Source of the DNA: the human T2T-CHM13v2.0 reference genome, Homo sapiens
NCBI RefSeq assembly: GCF_009914755.1
Contig: NC_060932.1
Strand: one strand, 5' to 3'
DNA length: 64,000 nucleotides
Below are positions 26,981-42,523 of the stretch, in pieces (within the stretch, counting starts at the first letter, position 1; every line of letters starts with the position of its first letter). A model generated the notes under the pieces. It did no database searches. It worked only from the letters and a program-made list of their open reading frames with translations, and was not told the origin of the DNA. The translations under genes were made by a program, and so were the position numbers.

Positions 26981-27363
26981 TGTTATGGAATGAGAGTTGG
27001 TATCTCACCTGACTTCATGGGAGTATTACTCTAAGGAAGTAATTATGGTTAAATGAGATCATAAGGGTGGGACCCTGATCTGATATGATTAATGTCCTTG
27101 AAAGAAGAGACTAGACATTAAAGCATTCTCTCTGCTCTCTCTCTCTCATTTTCTTAATATCTCCCTCCCTTTCTCTACCAAGTGAGGATACAACAAAAAA
27201 GTGGCAATCTGCAAGCGAGGAAAAAGGCCCTTACCAGAAACTGAATTGGCCAAAACCTTTATTTTGGACTTCTAGCCTGGATAATTCTGAACAAATACAT
27301 TTCTGTTACTTAAGCCATTCAGTCTATGATATTTTGTTATGGCAGCCTAAGCAGACTAATATA
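26981..27363 (+). mobile_element. MLT1A-like MaLR solo LTR
   Basis: 'ggttaaatgagatcataagggtgggaccctgatc', ends 'ttgttatggcagcctaagcagactaatata'; exact TSD GTGAC. Confidence 0.88.
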
Positions 27364-28464
27364 GTGACCATATTTGTACTCCGAGCTAAGGAAATAGGTC
27401 ATAATAGTTACATCAAAATAATGAACTTTTTTCTTGGTTAGAGGTATAGGTATAGGGTTGAATAGGAACAGATGTATACAATACCACAAGCATAAAACTA
27501 GAAATTTATTCATAATGTTTGCAGACAATCACATAGAAGCTGAATAAGAATTGTAAAGAAAATTTCTGGGTACTGAGGACCTTGTTATTCAAAGTCAGTT
27601 TAATATTGATACAGTTGGCTATCTATTACCCTGGGGTAACTAAGATGACATCTAAAAGGCTAGCTAGAAAAAGGTAGATTTTCTTCTCTGTGGTCTAGAT
27701 ATATTGCCCATACAAAGTCCTGGAATTATTTTTAAGAATCCATATCTCCCTGTGACGACATTCATGCATGACCAGTTTTGTCAGCGTCTTTTATTATTGT
27801 TGTTGTAGTTGTTTTAAACAAGTCTATTGAAATCAGTGGTCTCTGATTCAAGTCCAAAAAGATTAAATAACTAGGACACATTACCTATGATCATTTAAGG
27901 TGATAGAATACTTCTGCTGTGGGAAGTCATACATAGAATCCTATTATAGTTCAATGCTTCTTTTTTATGTATAAATTAAGATAGACTCATTGTCTTTATT
28001 TACTAGTTTAAAAGGGCACTTGGTGATGAGGTAGCCACTTGGAGTGACAGGGAAAATGACCTTTTCAGAATCAATGTAGAAGTCACTGATGTCCAAGAAA
28101 TGTTACTTTCTAGTTCTCTACCTCTTACCTTTGAAACAGACTAAAAGAAACATTATGCTTCTATTACAACACAGGCAATGTATTATTCATCTCCAGTTAA
28201 CACTGGGAGAAGGCAATTTAGATTCAAGCCTGATTTCCTGGTCATTTGAAAAGTTTAAGCACTGGAATATATCTTTTGAAGGAGATTTTGAAAATTAATT
28301 TTTAGCTTTTCTTTGCTGTCATTCTCCTTCTAGAGTGCTGTTAAGGGACAGGCCTGGCAAAATAAAATCACCACTGAAAAAAAAAAAAAAAGAAAAGCCC
28401 CAATCCATTTTTCTGGATAAATTGCAATCTGCTCAATTCTCTCTTTTTATGGCAAGGTCATAGG

Positions 28465-28792
28465 TTTTTTGTTGTTGTTGTTGTTGTCGTTGTTTTCTTT
28501 TTTTGGAGAGGGTCTTGTTCTGTTGCCCAGGCTGGATGGAGTGCAGTGGCACAATGGAGTGCAGCTCACTGCAGCCTTGGCCTACTGGGCACAAACAATC
28601 CTCCCAGCTCAGCTTCTCGAGTAACTAGGACTACAGGCATGCACCACCACACCCAGCTGATTTTGCATTTTTGTAGAGATGGTGTTTTGCCATGTTGCCT
28701 CAGCTGGTCTCAAACTCCTGGGCTCAGGCAATACTTCCGCCTCAAGTCTCCCAAAGTGCTGGGATCATAGGCATGAGCCACTGTTCCAAGCC
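28465..28792 (-). mobile_element. AluJ with (GTT)n tail
   Basis: Alu dimer; TSD ggtcataggtttt/ggtcatagatttt; internal repeat of tggagtgcag. Confidence 0.9.
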
Positions 28793-28809
28793 ATGGTCAT
28801 AGATTTTAA

Positions 28810-28985
28810 ATCAGTTAGATTTGTATTAAATTTTGAGCTCCACCAAAGCTGTATGACCTTGGGTATGCTTCTTTTACCCTTTTCTGCTAAGTATGTTAGG
28901 ATGATAGAATTAAATGAGAATAGAAAAAGTTTAGCTCAGGGCCCAGCACACAGCAGCCATTAGATAAATCATAGCTACTGCTGTT
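28810..28985 (+). mobile_element. MIR fragment
   Basis: 'gctgtatgaccttggg', 'aattaaatgagaa...ttagctcagggcccagcaca'. Confidence 0.65.
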
Positions 28986-29069
28986 GTGAAGATTCTTGCT
29001 GCTGCTGCTGACGGTGCAAAGTATGCTATGGCAAGAGTAGAAAGAGCCTCCTGCCTATATTTGTCATAT

Positions 29070-29800
29070 CCACTCAGCAATGATTCTGCCAATATTCATG
29101 AAGTGTCTACCATGTGTCCAACACAGAGTTAGACATCTGGTGTTAAGGAATAAACAAAAGAGGCATGACTCCTGTGTTCATTGTGCTTAGGGACCAGTTG
29201 AATATTAAATTGAGACATAAACATAAATATAGAAATGCAAATACGGATAAGCTCTCTAATGGAAAATTCACAGTTATATTCTCTAATGGAGAATATAAAA
29301 GGGAAATGAAATTTAGCTGAAATGTGTAGAATAGCCTCTCTGAGGATCTACTGCTGAGATCTGAAGAAATAGAATGAGATAATAGGCAAATAAATAGACA
29401 AGGAGCCCTCCAGGCTTTGCATGTGCAAAGGCCTTTGAGTAGGGAAGAAATATGTGCACTTGAGGCACTGCCAGAAGACTAGTATGGCTGAAATTTCAAT
29501 GGAGAGTGGAGAGAAGTGATATGATATGAAGAGAGAGAAGTAGACAGGGGCCTGATCCAACTACTTGTTAAAAGTTGGAGTTTTTTTTCCTAAATGCAAT
29601 GAAAAGTTGTTTTTAATAGAAGAGTTACACAGTTGAATCTACATGATTTAAAAAACAGTTTGACAGCTTTGTGGATGATGGAGTAGAGAGATGCAAAGCA
29701 GAACAGGATGACCAGTTAAGAGCATTTTATTATTCCAGGGAGGATATAACAGTAGCTTAAGGAAGCCTTATGGCTGTAAAGAAGGAGATGAATGAATATT
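29070..29800 (-). mobile_element. L2 LINE fragment
   Basis: 'gtgtctaccatgtgtccaa', 'gcatgtgcaaaggcctttgag', 'gaccagttaagagcattttattattccagg'. Confidence 0.75.
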
Positions 29801-31369
29801 TATACGCATATACACACACATATATATGTGGTAGATACAGCTTTATTTACCCTTATGTTTTTCAATCTGTAAAACAAAAATCAGAAAAGTTAAAATAACT
29901 TGCTAAAGATCACACAGGTAGAAAGTAGTGTTACTGGAACCTGACCTTATATTTGGCTTAATTCTAAAGTCCTTACTTTGAGCATTATTCTGTGTTTGCC
30001 ACCTAATCCAGAGGATGAGTCTAGATTCTACCCCTCTGCACTGGCACCAATGATTCCTTTCAGCTTCTGAATCCTCAGGCTTTGCAGTGACTTAGGAGAC
30101 AGCGGGTGTGCCAGGCACATCCTTGAGGCAACCGCAGCCAGTTTCCAATCGGTCCCAGTATCAGTATCACCAGTGGCTCTATGCGCTCTCCTCCCGAGTG
30201 CTCTAGGGTTTCAGAAAAGTGCCCTTAATAGAAAGTGAGGGGAATTATCTAAGCTTTACCCTCATACATTAGGAAAAGTGGAATGGTAATGGCTTCTATT
30301 GTGGGATGCTGCAGATAATTAAACAGAGGAATGAAAATAACTGTTTTGAAAGGAATATGGAAGATCACTGAACCAGAAGTGTTTTGATCAGGTGGCGAAT
30401 AAGGATTCAGAGGAGATAATTTAGAGAATATGATTTTGGAGAGGGAGGGGAAAGGAGGATAGACGGATATAAAGCATCAAGATCTGGACATGGTTTCAGA
30501 GAGGAAACATGGAATAATACATCAGATGTTAGAGTTTGGGAAGTACAGTAATAATTGATACCACTATTGAAAGGTTACTATATGCAATTAAATGGATCAT
30601 CTCATTTAATCTAATCTCACAATAACACTTATTTACTTGATATCAGAGATACCAAGAAATTTGTCTTGCATCACACAACTAATAAGTGATGGAGTCAGGA
30701 TATTGAATCTGTCTGTCCCCAAAGGTAAACTCAAATATTAAATTCTCCTGATACTGAGAGCGGGCAGGGCATGAAATGGGTTTTGAATGAATCCTGTCTC
30801 TGATTCTTGCCTCTTATCCTAAACAGAAAGGGAGCCATAAAGGAGAGTGCAGAAGAGAGGAAAATAAGTTACCAGTATAGTCTTTGGGATGACCTTTCTT
30901 TAGAACACTGAAAGAATAAAGTGAAGGTTGCAAAGCTTGACAAATGGCACAGGCAAATCCTTGAAGCCTGTAACTCTGGTGACAGAATGAGGTTTCTTGG
31001 GAGTTATTGCAGTTACCAGACAAACAGTAGTACATTTCAAATCATGCATGGGGAATAATAACAGTGATGAGATTTCTGTTCTTACTGTCCTCTTCTTTTG
31101 TGTGACATATTGTGTGGGAGGGGGGAGTTGTGTGGGAGGGGATTTATACTAGAGCTTAGAAATATTAATATGTGTGAGATGCCAACAGTCAGAATTTAAC
31201 CAATTGCCATTTGGTCAGGGGAGCTTATTTCTAGTGAGAGAATATATTGCCAGAGACAGAAGGAACTTCTACATTCCAGGCCAAGGCTGTTTAAGGAGGA
31301 AGATAGTGAGTTGCTGATAAAGTCTGTGAATTGCGTTGATCATGGAGCTACTTGCTAGCTATTGTAATA

Positions 31370-31630
31370 GTTGCCATTTATCAAGCACTTTCTATGCCAG
31401 GCACTATTCTAAGTACTTCTCGTGTTTTACTACCTTATCATTCAATTATCATAAAACCCTGTGTATCAGTTGCTATCATAATAATTCCAATTTTATAGAT
31501 AAGAAAACTGAGGCAGAGAAAGGTTAAGAAATTTGTCTAAGTTTGTACTGCTAATAGGTATTAGTTAAGATTTGAGCCTAAGAGATTTGCCTGTAGAGCC
31601 CATATGTTTAACCATTGTACTATCCTGCCT
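31370..31630 (-). mobile_element. MIR
   Basis: Core 'ttttatagataagaaaactgaggcagagaaaggttaag'. Confidence 0.85.
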
Positions 31631-32719
31631 CTATTGCAAATCCCGCATCTGTTTATTTTCTGAATAATGAGTATGCAGATTAGATTTTCTTTCAAGATCC
31701 GCTTCACTTTGCTTATATTAAAAACATTTAAAAACCATTTTTAAGCAGCATTGAAAATTGATTTCAAAAAAGCGTTTTTAGCACAGAGCCCTCTATAAAT
31801 GTCTTTCTGTCTTATACATGTAAGACAGAACCCTAGATAGAAACTTAGGGAATGAATTACTTATTATAGAAGTAAATGCACAAAATAAATATTAAACTAC
31901 TTGATAAGAGTAGGTAGAAATTGCCATACTTAATCGTCTAATTCTGTAAAGGTTATTTTTTCTTTTGTAAAAAATTTAGGCTTAACTTTTCTTCTCTGGC
32001 CAGGTATACTGGGGGGTGGGTTGGAAATGGATCAAGACTTGATTTAGAGAGTCTTTGCCCTCAAAGCCATGGCCAGTGATGGCATTCAAAGATGAGGCAG
32101 GGGCCAAAGAATAAGAGGGAGGCTCACTCCACTAAGGCAGAGAAGGAAAGCCTAGTAGACCACCAGACTGGAGATCAAAAACTAACATGGAAATTGAGAG
32201 TCCAGTGTCATGGTAGTTAGCAGGAAGCAGCAGCCAAGGTCGAGAGGAATTAGCGGACCAGTCAGTGCTGCTGCCCCTGCTTTCTGGTGAAGGCTGCCTC
32301 TGAGAGTTGTCTGGGAGAGCTGCCTATTTAAAGGGCAGTCATAGGTCAAGTTGAATGTCTGTGGCTCCATTTGGAAAATATGTATGAGTGGAAAGAGAAC
32401 ATGGAGCAGAATGACAATGCACTCTCCTTTAGTCAACTGGCACCATTTTTCCTTCAAAAACTCACTCTTCTCACTGTACATGTTTTTTATCTTTCTTATC
32501 TCATCATAGTCACTCTCATTAAAGTCACCTAAACTTTCCTCCCCTATACCACACATGGTAGAAATAAAATTTCTGTCTTTCTTTTCTCAGAGGCAGTTTA
32601 ATAGCACCCTGCAGATCCAAGTAGGAGACATGAGCTTTTCCAATGTCAGCCAAAAGTATATTAATTCAAATGGGAGTCAAAAGAGGGTTGTCACTGTATT
32701 GTTTAAAAGCAAAGGTTTT

Positions 32720-32940
32720 GCTCAGAAAAACTGGGCTCCAACTACCTCTGCCACTTACTCATGATGTGTCCACTGCCCTCTCTGTGAGGCTTTGGGCAAG
32801 GTTATCTGATCAGTTAAATGTTAAACTCTCATTTCAGCTTTGTAAAATTGTTTGCAGAATTGAGTTGGAGAATGCAAATGAGGATTGTGCATAACAGGTA
32901 CCTAATAGATGGTGGCTGTTATTTTTATTGATATTATTAT
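32720..32940 (+). mobile_element. MIR fragment
   Basis: 'ctctgccacttact', 'tgtgaggctttgggcaagg', 'cagctttgtaaaat'. Confidence 0.55.
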
Positions 32941-34636
32941 TATCATTAAAAATGGTCAATAACTGCAAGGTTCAAACAGTAGGCCAGAAAGAACTTACTT
33001 AAAGCACTTAATCAATATATTATTATTGTTCTGAAATGCTGCTATTTGCAGAACAGCCTAAGAAGCAGCTTAGAATCTATTAAATAAGGCCACTTTTGTC
33101 CTCACTGCATTAAAATTCTCTCTTGCCCTTACATTTAACTATATTTCAAGCAAAGAAAATAACTGTCTTTACCTTGACATAAGGTTGTTTTCTAATTTAA
33201 AGTTTTTGGTCCCTTGATGGAATAGAAGAGAGAGAAGACATAATGTATAATGCTTGATTTAGGAATCAGGCAGAACCATTAATACCATTTCATCCTCCTA
33301 TTTTAGGGTTCAAGGACTGGGGACTGGATTCCTTTTGCCTCTACTGAGGCACACCTTGCTGATGTAAATTTTGGACTCTGGATCGAGAGCAGAAAATATG
33401 AGGCTCATGTATCTCAGTGAATTTAGAAAAATAGATTGATAAGATTTAGAATTAGAATGGGTCAGTGGAATAAAAAGTGAATGTTTGAAGAATAGCTTTG
33501 GAAATATAAAAATTATTATATCATAAAAATAGAACTAAGACATTTATTAATCTGAGCCTGAGAAATTCCATATAGATAATCAACCAAATTTCTCATTCAC
33601 TTGTTCATGTATTCATTCAATAGACATTTATTTAGTGCTTTCTATGTTCTATGAACTTAAAATTTACATCATCTTCATCTCCAACAATGGGTCATAGACT
33701 TGGACTGAAAAATAAAAGGCTAATGAAGTAACATGGAATTGTACAGTGTGGAATAATAATACTCCATTTGTGATTTTTTTTAAATTAAATAAGTTTATTT
33801 CTTCTTGTTTTGTGCCACAACCCCACCTCCCGGCCCCATGCAACCTCTCCTTTTCTCTGTCCCAGGTGATGGTAGGAAATTGGAGGGCAGGAACAAAGAG
33901 GCCAGGGTATTTCTGCTCCCATCCTACATGGAAGACCATCATGCCCCTTCTTACACTCACTTGGCTCTGGTGCGCTTTCTCTCTTTGCTCCTTTAGGCTT
34001 AGAGGTGGTAACCCCTTTCCCCTGTTCATAGCCATGACTGCATCTCTACTCTACCCCTTTCACTGGTTTCCTTACTTCTCCCCTCTCCTTTGTAGAGAAT
34101 TCTTTATTATATTTTCTTCAAAATACTATCAGTGTGAACCTTTTTTCTCCTGCCAGGACATCCACTGATAGATACATGTAGCTATATAGTCAAATAACCA
34201 CACCTATAGAGCTAAGAATTTATTTGTTAACAATATAACAAAAATGACAACAAAAACTACCTAAAACAGTTTTAATATTTCAAAAGGTACACTTTTCCTA
34301 CTGAGCATCTTGAGGAGAATCTACTTAGCTATTGTTTTAATTCATATTTGTATACACATTTCTAGGGATCTATAGATAGGGCTTTGGTCATCAGTGACTC
34401 TCAGGCAATGGATTTGCTTGCTAGCTTTTATTGCCCTGAAATTTTTTAAACTTACATGTTGTTTTGTATACGTGAGCCCTGCATGCTCAGACATATCTAC
34501 AAAGGAAAATTGAGGCCTTTTCTGTAAGAGATTGCTTTACTCCTCCTACTCCTTGCCTCACAATTTCTCTTGATTATATGGAATAGTGACAAGAAACCAG
34601 AAAAAAAAAAAAAGAAAAAACCATTATGTTTTATAG

Positions 34637-35367
<731 letters not shown>

Positions 35368-35999
35368 ATAGCTTAATAGGAAAATCAAAAGAAACAGACA
35401 GGAGACAGGCAATCTGCTGTCCTTCTCCCATATGGGTGACAATACAATTGAAAGAATAAGTACTAATTAGCTAAATGAAAAGCTCAAGCTGTGATTGTTG
35501 AGTTTAATTTTAGGGCAAACTGAGATGCTTCCCCAATCCTTTGGAGGTAGAAAGAGAGAGAAACTCAGAATGTCTTACCTGCCAAATCTGGCCACTAAGA
35601 CCCTCATATGTCCCAGAGGGAACATCAACGAAATTATTTGGAGGAAACGCTAAGAAAAATACTAATTGAGAATTAAGTAATTTGGTTTTTCATACATCTC
35701 TTACTGTGAAAACCAAAGTTAAAACATTGTTGTGAAATATTCTTTGATTATATTGAGCAAGTTATGGAAGTATATGTTAGAATTAGATTTGTTAAATAAC
35801 ATATTGATCAAGAACTCTACAGAATCTACTATACAACTATATTGCCATGGACTGAAGATTGGAATAACTTATTTCTGCCTGGATAAGAAATAAATGGCCA
35901 TATTGAAAATAAGATGAAGAGTATCACAGTATTTTCCCCCTCTGCCAGATTAGTAAACACATGTAAAAGAAAAATGAGTATGTTTGCTCTTAGGATCAT

Positions 36000-36660
<661 letters not shown>

Positions 36661-37025
36661 GTCATCATTTGCTAATCTAATAATGTGTAGCCCATTCCTT
36701 TTCTGAAATCTGACATATAAAACCTACACTTGGTTCCCATAATATTCTTTCTTAAAAAAAAAATCAGGATACTAACTTTACCTTCAGTCTTCTGATTTCA
36801 CATTCATTACTTGTTGTTATTCAAAAACTAACTGAGTATAAATAATCTATAGTGTTTCTTGGTAAACTGGGTTACAATTTGACTATGTCAGGAGACAAAC
36901 ATTTCAAAATTATGTGCTATTATAAGCAACTCACTTATCTTGAGATTCAGTTCTTTTTCCACCAGAATTACCTCCAACTTTTTGTGATCTGTGTCTCTTC
37001 TGGGCATTGAAAGCATAAACAAGAC

Positions 37026-37051
37026 AAAAAAAAAAAAAAAAAAAAAAAAAA
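37026..37051 (+). repeat. Poly-A tract
   Basis: Uninterrupted A run with no recognisable retroelement body upstream. Confidence 0.9.
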
Positions 37052-39200
37052 GGGAGGTGACTAGTTGAATGTTCCCTTTATCCTGGTGATTTTTTTTCTT
37101 TCCTTCTGGCTACTTCCTTGGTGTTCAATTACCTCTTATGAATACAAAATACCTGACTTTTAGAAAAGGAGATTTTAGCCTCTTTTCTTAATCCGCCTTC
37201 CAACAAAGTAATTTGGATAGAGACAAGATTGTCTGTATCATTTCGAGGCATTTGTCTTCAAAGCTTCTAAGTGTCACCTTTTGAGATAGTTAATTCTTAT
37301 AACAAAAATGTGTTCCACCTTGATATCAAGCTTTCTGACAAGGCTGGCCTCAGATATTTTAATACATACAAGCCCTGATGCTAATATGTGCACAGATTTT
37401 CTGAACCAAACATAGTCTTAGTTGACATCATGGTATTAGGAGATCAACATGATAGAACTGGGAGTGATTCTGAAAAGGATTTTTACATTGAAAATCTCAT
37501 TTGGAAAAATTGTCTCCTACTGGCTACTATAATAGGAATACTATAACTACATTAATACTACATTAATAATTTCTTAAAACGTCTTGGTTACACTTTTGTA
37601 TAATTACAATCTTCAAGTGCTAACTAGGCTTCTGGTAAAGCTTACAGGGAATTTTACTTACATTTCACATTAAGGGAGAAATATACTTGATTATTTAATA
37701 ATCAACACTTTGTTTTTCTCCTTCCTTAAAGAAGATACTTTGGATTCAGGTAAGAGTCATCATTGCTACCTTAAATTTACTCTGACTTCAATATTTTATC
37801 TGATCTGATAATGCACATAACTGGAACAGTGAAAGTAAGATGAGGCTCTTTACAATTGTATAAGTTGCCTCAGGAAGTTAAAAAACAGGTCTAACACTGC
37901 TGAGAACTCTTCAAAGAGAGCTTTTTCCCCTCTAAATACATATCAATATAACAACAGAATAGAGCAATAGGTAGACAACAAAAGGCTCAAATAAACACCA
38001 AAAAGAAAATAAAACAGAAATAAATTTGTGAAACTAGACATAAGAAATAATTTCAGATAAAATTAGAATTAATATATTATTATTTAATAAATGACTTCAT
38101 TAGAAACCAAAGGAAACGTTTGCTCTGATATAAAGGTCAATATAAAATTAAGATTAGGCAATACAAAATTGTTACCTATGCATAACTTCTGTGAAAAAAA
38201 ATTGTAAAAGCACAAACCTCTTTTGATGACCACATAGGATGTTTACCCCAATTTCTTCTTCATTTCATAAATGATAACATTGCATATATTAGGCACCAGG
38301 TAACTATATTTATTTTCCAAGATAATATCAGTTACATACAAGTTTAAAAGATCCACTAGTGGAGTTACTACATTAGGAGTACTTTGAAATTTATCCTTAA
38401 TGGTACACGCAAATTGTTACTATATATCTTAATACATTAAGCATAGTTCTATCCATACAGGTATGAACTCTCCTCCCTCTTCAAAAAAAAAAGAAAAAGA
38501 AAAAAACCTCCTTTGTATGTTCTAATTGTAAACCTACTAATCTGTAAAATTTGATACCAACTGCCAATACAAGCTATGTTTGATCCTAGGGAAAAAAATT
38601 AGTGTTCTATGTTGCCCCCTTTTTAAAAACTAGAACATGAGGCATGAGAGGGTTAAATCATTTTCTAAGCGTTTTAACAAATTTTAGGACTTGCTTCTCA
38701 TTGCAATATTCCATGAAGACTAGTTCCTTAAACTGCAAGCTTTGTATAGACAGAAGCTGTGTGTGTTTGGCTCAATGGTATACACACAATAGCAAGCAGC
38801 TCAGTAGCTATTTGTAGACTATTCATGTGAAACTCACAGCTACCATGGAATGGTCCCTGTTTCATTCTTGCCAATTAAGGAGTATAGGATAACTTTTTTT
38901 TTTCGCAGTGTTCAATAACCTTTTATAGCTCTTTGATTTCATAGAATAATAGAATTTTATACCTTGGAGAAAACTTTAGGATTATATGCTCAGTTCCCTT
39001 GTAACTAAATGTCTCGTTTCCCAGGCAAAATAATGTTATTGTGGGTCCCAGGTTAATCTTGCCTTTCAAAAGTTAGTATTATTACCAGAATGAGAGTAAT
39101 TGAAAATAGGTTTTTGATTGATGACATCCATTCTAAACAGTTTGGAAAGGAGCTGTGTCCTAGTTTCACTTCTTATTTCCTAAATAGTTTGGAATATAGG

Positions 39201-39495
39201 TTTTTATTTTTTTGAGACGGAGTCTCACACTCTTGCTCAGGCTGGAGTGCAGTGGCGCGATATCGGCTCCACTGCAAGCTCTGCCTCCCGGGTTCATGCC
39301 ATTCTCCTGCCTCAGCCTCCCGAGTAGCTGGGACTACAGGCGCCCGCCACCACGCCCGGCTAAATTTTGTATTTTTTAGTAGAGATGGGGTTTCACCGTG
39401 TTAGCCAGGATGGTCAAGATCTCCTGACCTTGTGATCCACCCGCCTTGGCCTCCCAAAGTGCTGGGATTACAGGCGTGAGCCACCATGCCCGGCC
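39201..39495 (-). mobile_element. AluY
   Basis: CpG-rich dimer; TSD tggaatataggttttt/tgcaatataggttttt. Confidence 0.95.
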
Positions 39496-40106
39496 TGCAA
39501 TATAGGTTTTAAAGTTACATGTCATCCAGTTAGCAGGAGTAAAACCAAAGAAACTACCTACATCAATGTCAATGACGTTAACTAGATACTTTTAACTAGT
39601 TATTGTTCCAAACAACATTAATATTAATTTAGTGATCACTAAGCAAACACTTTTAATTGGTTAGAGTTTCCTCAAACACAGTCAAACTTTCATACACGCT
39701 ATTTCTACAATCTGCCTAGGATTTAAACTACTTGTTACAATGTTTGTTAGATAGTCTCATTTTTAATTTCAAATATAAAGTTACCATTACTATATATCTG
39801 CAATAAGTAAGCTATAAATAGAAAGTAATCGTAAAATTAAATATGAAAGCAAAACATTGTCAATTGTACTTTAGCTGCATCCTGCCCTGTACACTCTGGA
39901 TAAGGATCCAGAAGTGAGTACTAATTATTGAGATGATATAAGATATGTTTCTTTACTGTTGTTTTCTTTAGTTATCTCATCAATAAAGTGTAGATAACAA
40001 ATTCATAATTCAGAGAATTTTAGTGAAAATTAAATGAGATAAAGATGTCAATTCTTCTCAAATTGATCTACAGATTCTATTTTTTTTAAGCTGAAATCGC
40101 CACAGG

Positions 40107-40449
<343 letters not shown>

Positions 40450-41221
40450 TAAAGTTTATATGGGAAGGCAAGGCAATTTAATTTTTGGAAACTAGCCAAG
40501 GCAATTTTGAAGAAGCTGAACAGATTTGGGAGCTTTTCACTGACTACTGTAATGCTATATCAATAAGACATTGGTATATTGGAGCAATGATAGACAAACT
40601 GATAAATGCAATAAAATGCAGTTCCAGAAACAAACTCACATATATTCATTTACCTGAGATATAATGAAAATGGCAGTACAGTGTAGTGGTAAAGAAATGA
40701 TCTCATTCAATAGTGCTTCATCAGTTGGATATCTATTTGGAAAATAACATGTATCTTGACCCCTACTGTACACTATACATAAAAATTCAATTCCAGGTGA
40801 ATTAATGATGTAAATGTGAAAGGGAAACAAAGCTGACAGAAGACCATCTATCTTCATGACCTTGTCATAGGAAAAGGTTTCTTAGTCAGAAAACAAAAAG
40901 TACTAAGTAGATATTTTTAAATTTAAATGTAATTATATTAAAATTAAGAATTTCTGGTTATTAAAAGACACTGCTAATAAAGTCTAAAAGCCACACACAG
41001 AGAAAAATATTCATGATACACTTATCTGACAAAGGACTAGTACTCATAACATATTTTAAAACTCCCACAAATAAATAATCACTTGCAAGTTTGACAATCC
41101 AATGGAAAACTGGCCAAAAAGACTTGAGCCCTTCTCAAAAGAGAACGTCCAAAAGGTCAGTAAACTTATGAAGAGGTGCTTAGCTTCATGAGCCATCAGG
41201 GAAAAGAAAATTAAAACACCT

Positions 41222-42235
41222 ATCAAGGAAGATGATATGTTTGTAATATGAATGCATTACAAAGAATTAATATCCAGGCTATATAGAGTATTTCTGAAAA
41301 TCAAATCAGTAAGACAAACTACCCCATAGAAAAATAGGCAGAAGATAAGAACAGGTCTTTTACAAAGGAAGAAATTCAAAGAGCTAATAAACATAAAAAG
41401 GCGTTCAACTTCTTTAATCATTATGGAGATAAACAGTCAGAAACTAATACACAATGTCCAGATTGCATAATCAAAGTCTGATAATAGCAAATGTGGGTAA
41501 GAATTTGGAACAACATGTAAACTGTTTATTCTGGTAAATTGTCAGGGACAGTGTAAATTAGTGTAAGCGCTTCCAAAAACATTTAGGTATTATCTGTTAA
41601 AGGTGAGGGATTGGCTCATATGTAATGCTATGACTACTCAGTACCCCAGGCATATACTATAAACCAATCCACATGTGCACAGAACACTTATGAATTTTCA
41701 TAGCAGCTTGTTTATGATGGCTTACAATGGGCAACCACCAAAATGTACTTCAATAGTAGAGTGAATAAATAATTTTTAGTATATTTATATAATGGAATAC
41801 CATATAGCAATAAACACAAATGGACTACACTACGTGTAGCATGTAAGAACTTCACAAAGAAGCCTGAAATAAACAGCAACATGATTTTCCTCAAAAACAA
41901 AAAAGAAAATAAACTAACATGTTTATAGATATGTGGTAAAACTTTTAAGAAAAATAAGGAAATTGTTACAGAACTGTCATCACAAAAGTCAGAATGGTGG
42001 TTATCCCTTGGAGGTAGAAAGTTGAAATCAGAAGGATAGACAGTATTTTCTGGGGCTGAAGGCAATTGCTCTTTTTTACCCTAGATGCTGCTGCATGGCA
42101 TTTACTTTGAAATTATTTATTAAACTATATACCATATAACTATATACCATACACACACACACACACACGTGTGTGTGTGTGTATGCTATATTGTAGTTCA
42201 CAATTTTTAAAAAGCTGAAAAAAGAAATAGGAAAA
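41222..42235 (+). mobile_element. Second L1ME-like 3' fragment nested in the first
   Basis: The ORF2 C-terminal region of 40980-41220 restarts in diverged form and runs to its own 3' UTR and A-rich end. Confidence 0.6.
42148..42185. repeat. (AC)9(GT)7 self-complementary microsatellite
   Basis: cat(ac)9(gt)7atg read directly. Confidence 0.95.
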
Positions 42236-42523
42236 GGGAAGCAATTTTTCTGACATGGATCACAAGACAGACACAGTTCCCTAGGCAATCCAGTTTTCCA
42301 GTGTGACTACAGAAGTCATTCTTGGAATCTCAGCCTAGAGTATGTTGCATGTTTCTTCAGCTCTTCAGGAATTATTAAATGAAAAAACCTGGAAAATACC
42401 AAGTATCAAGGAGGATATGGAGCAACTAGAATGCTTATAAACTATGAGTGGAAATGTAAATTGGTATAACCACTTTAGAAAACTCTTCTACTAAAGTTGA
42501 TCATGTACGAACCTATCACCCAA

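Noticed and set aside
33664-34168. Overlapping 123-aa and 140-aa ORFs
   Set aside because: Compositionally biased translations of pyrimidine-rich, probably old LTR-derived sequence, with no recognisable domain
36960-37060. Processed pseudogene or small-RNA retrocopy ending in the poly-A
   Set aside because: No recognisable mRNA/snRNA body, canonical polyadenylation signal or TSD
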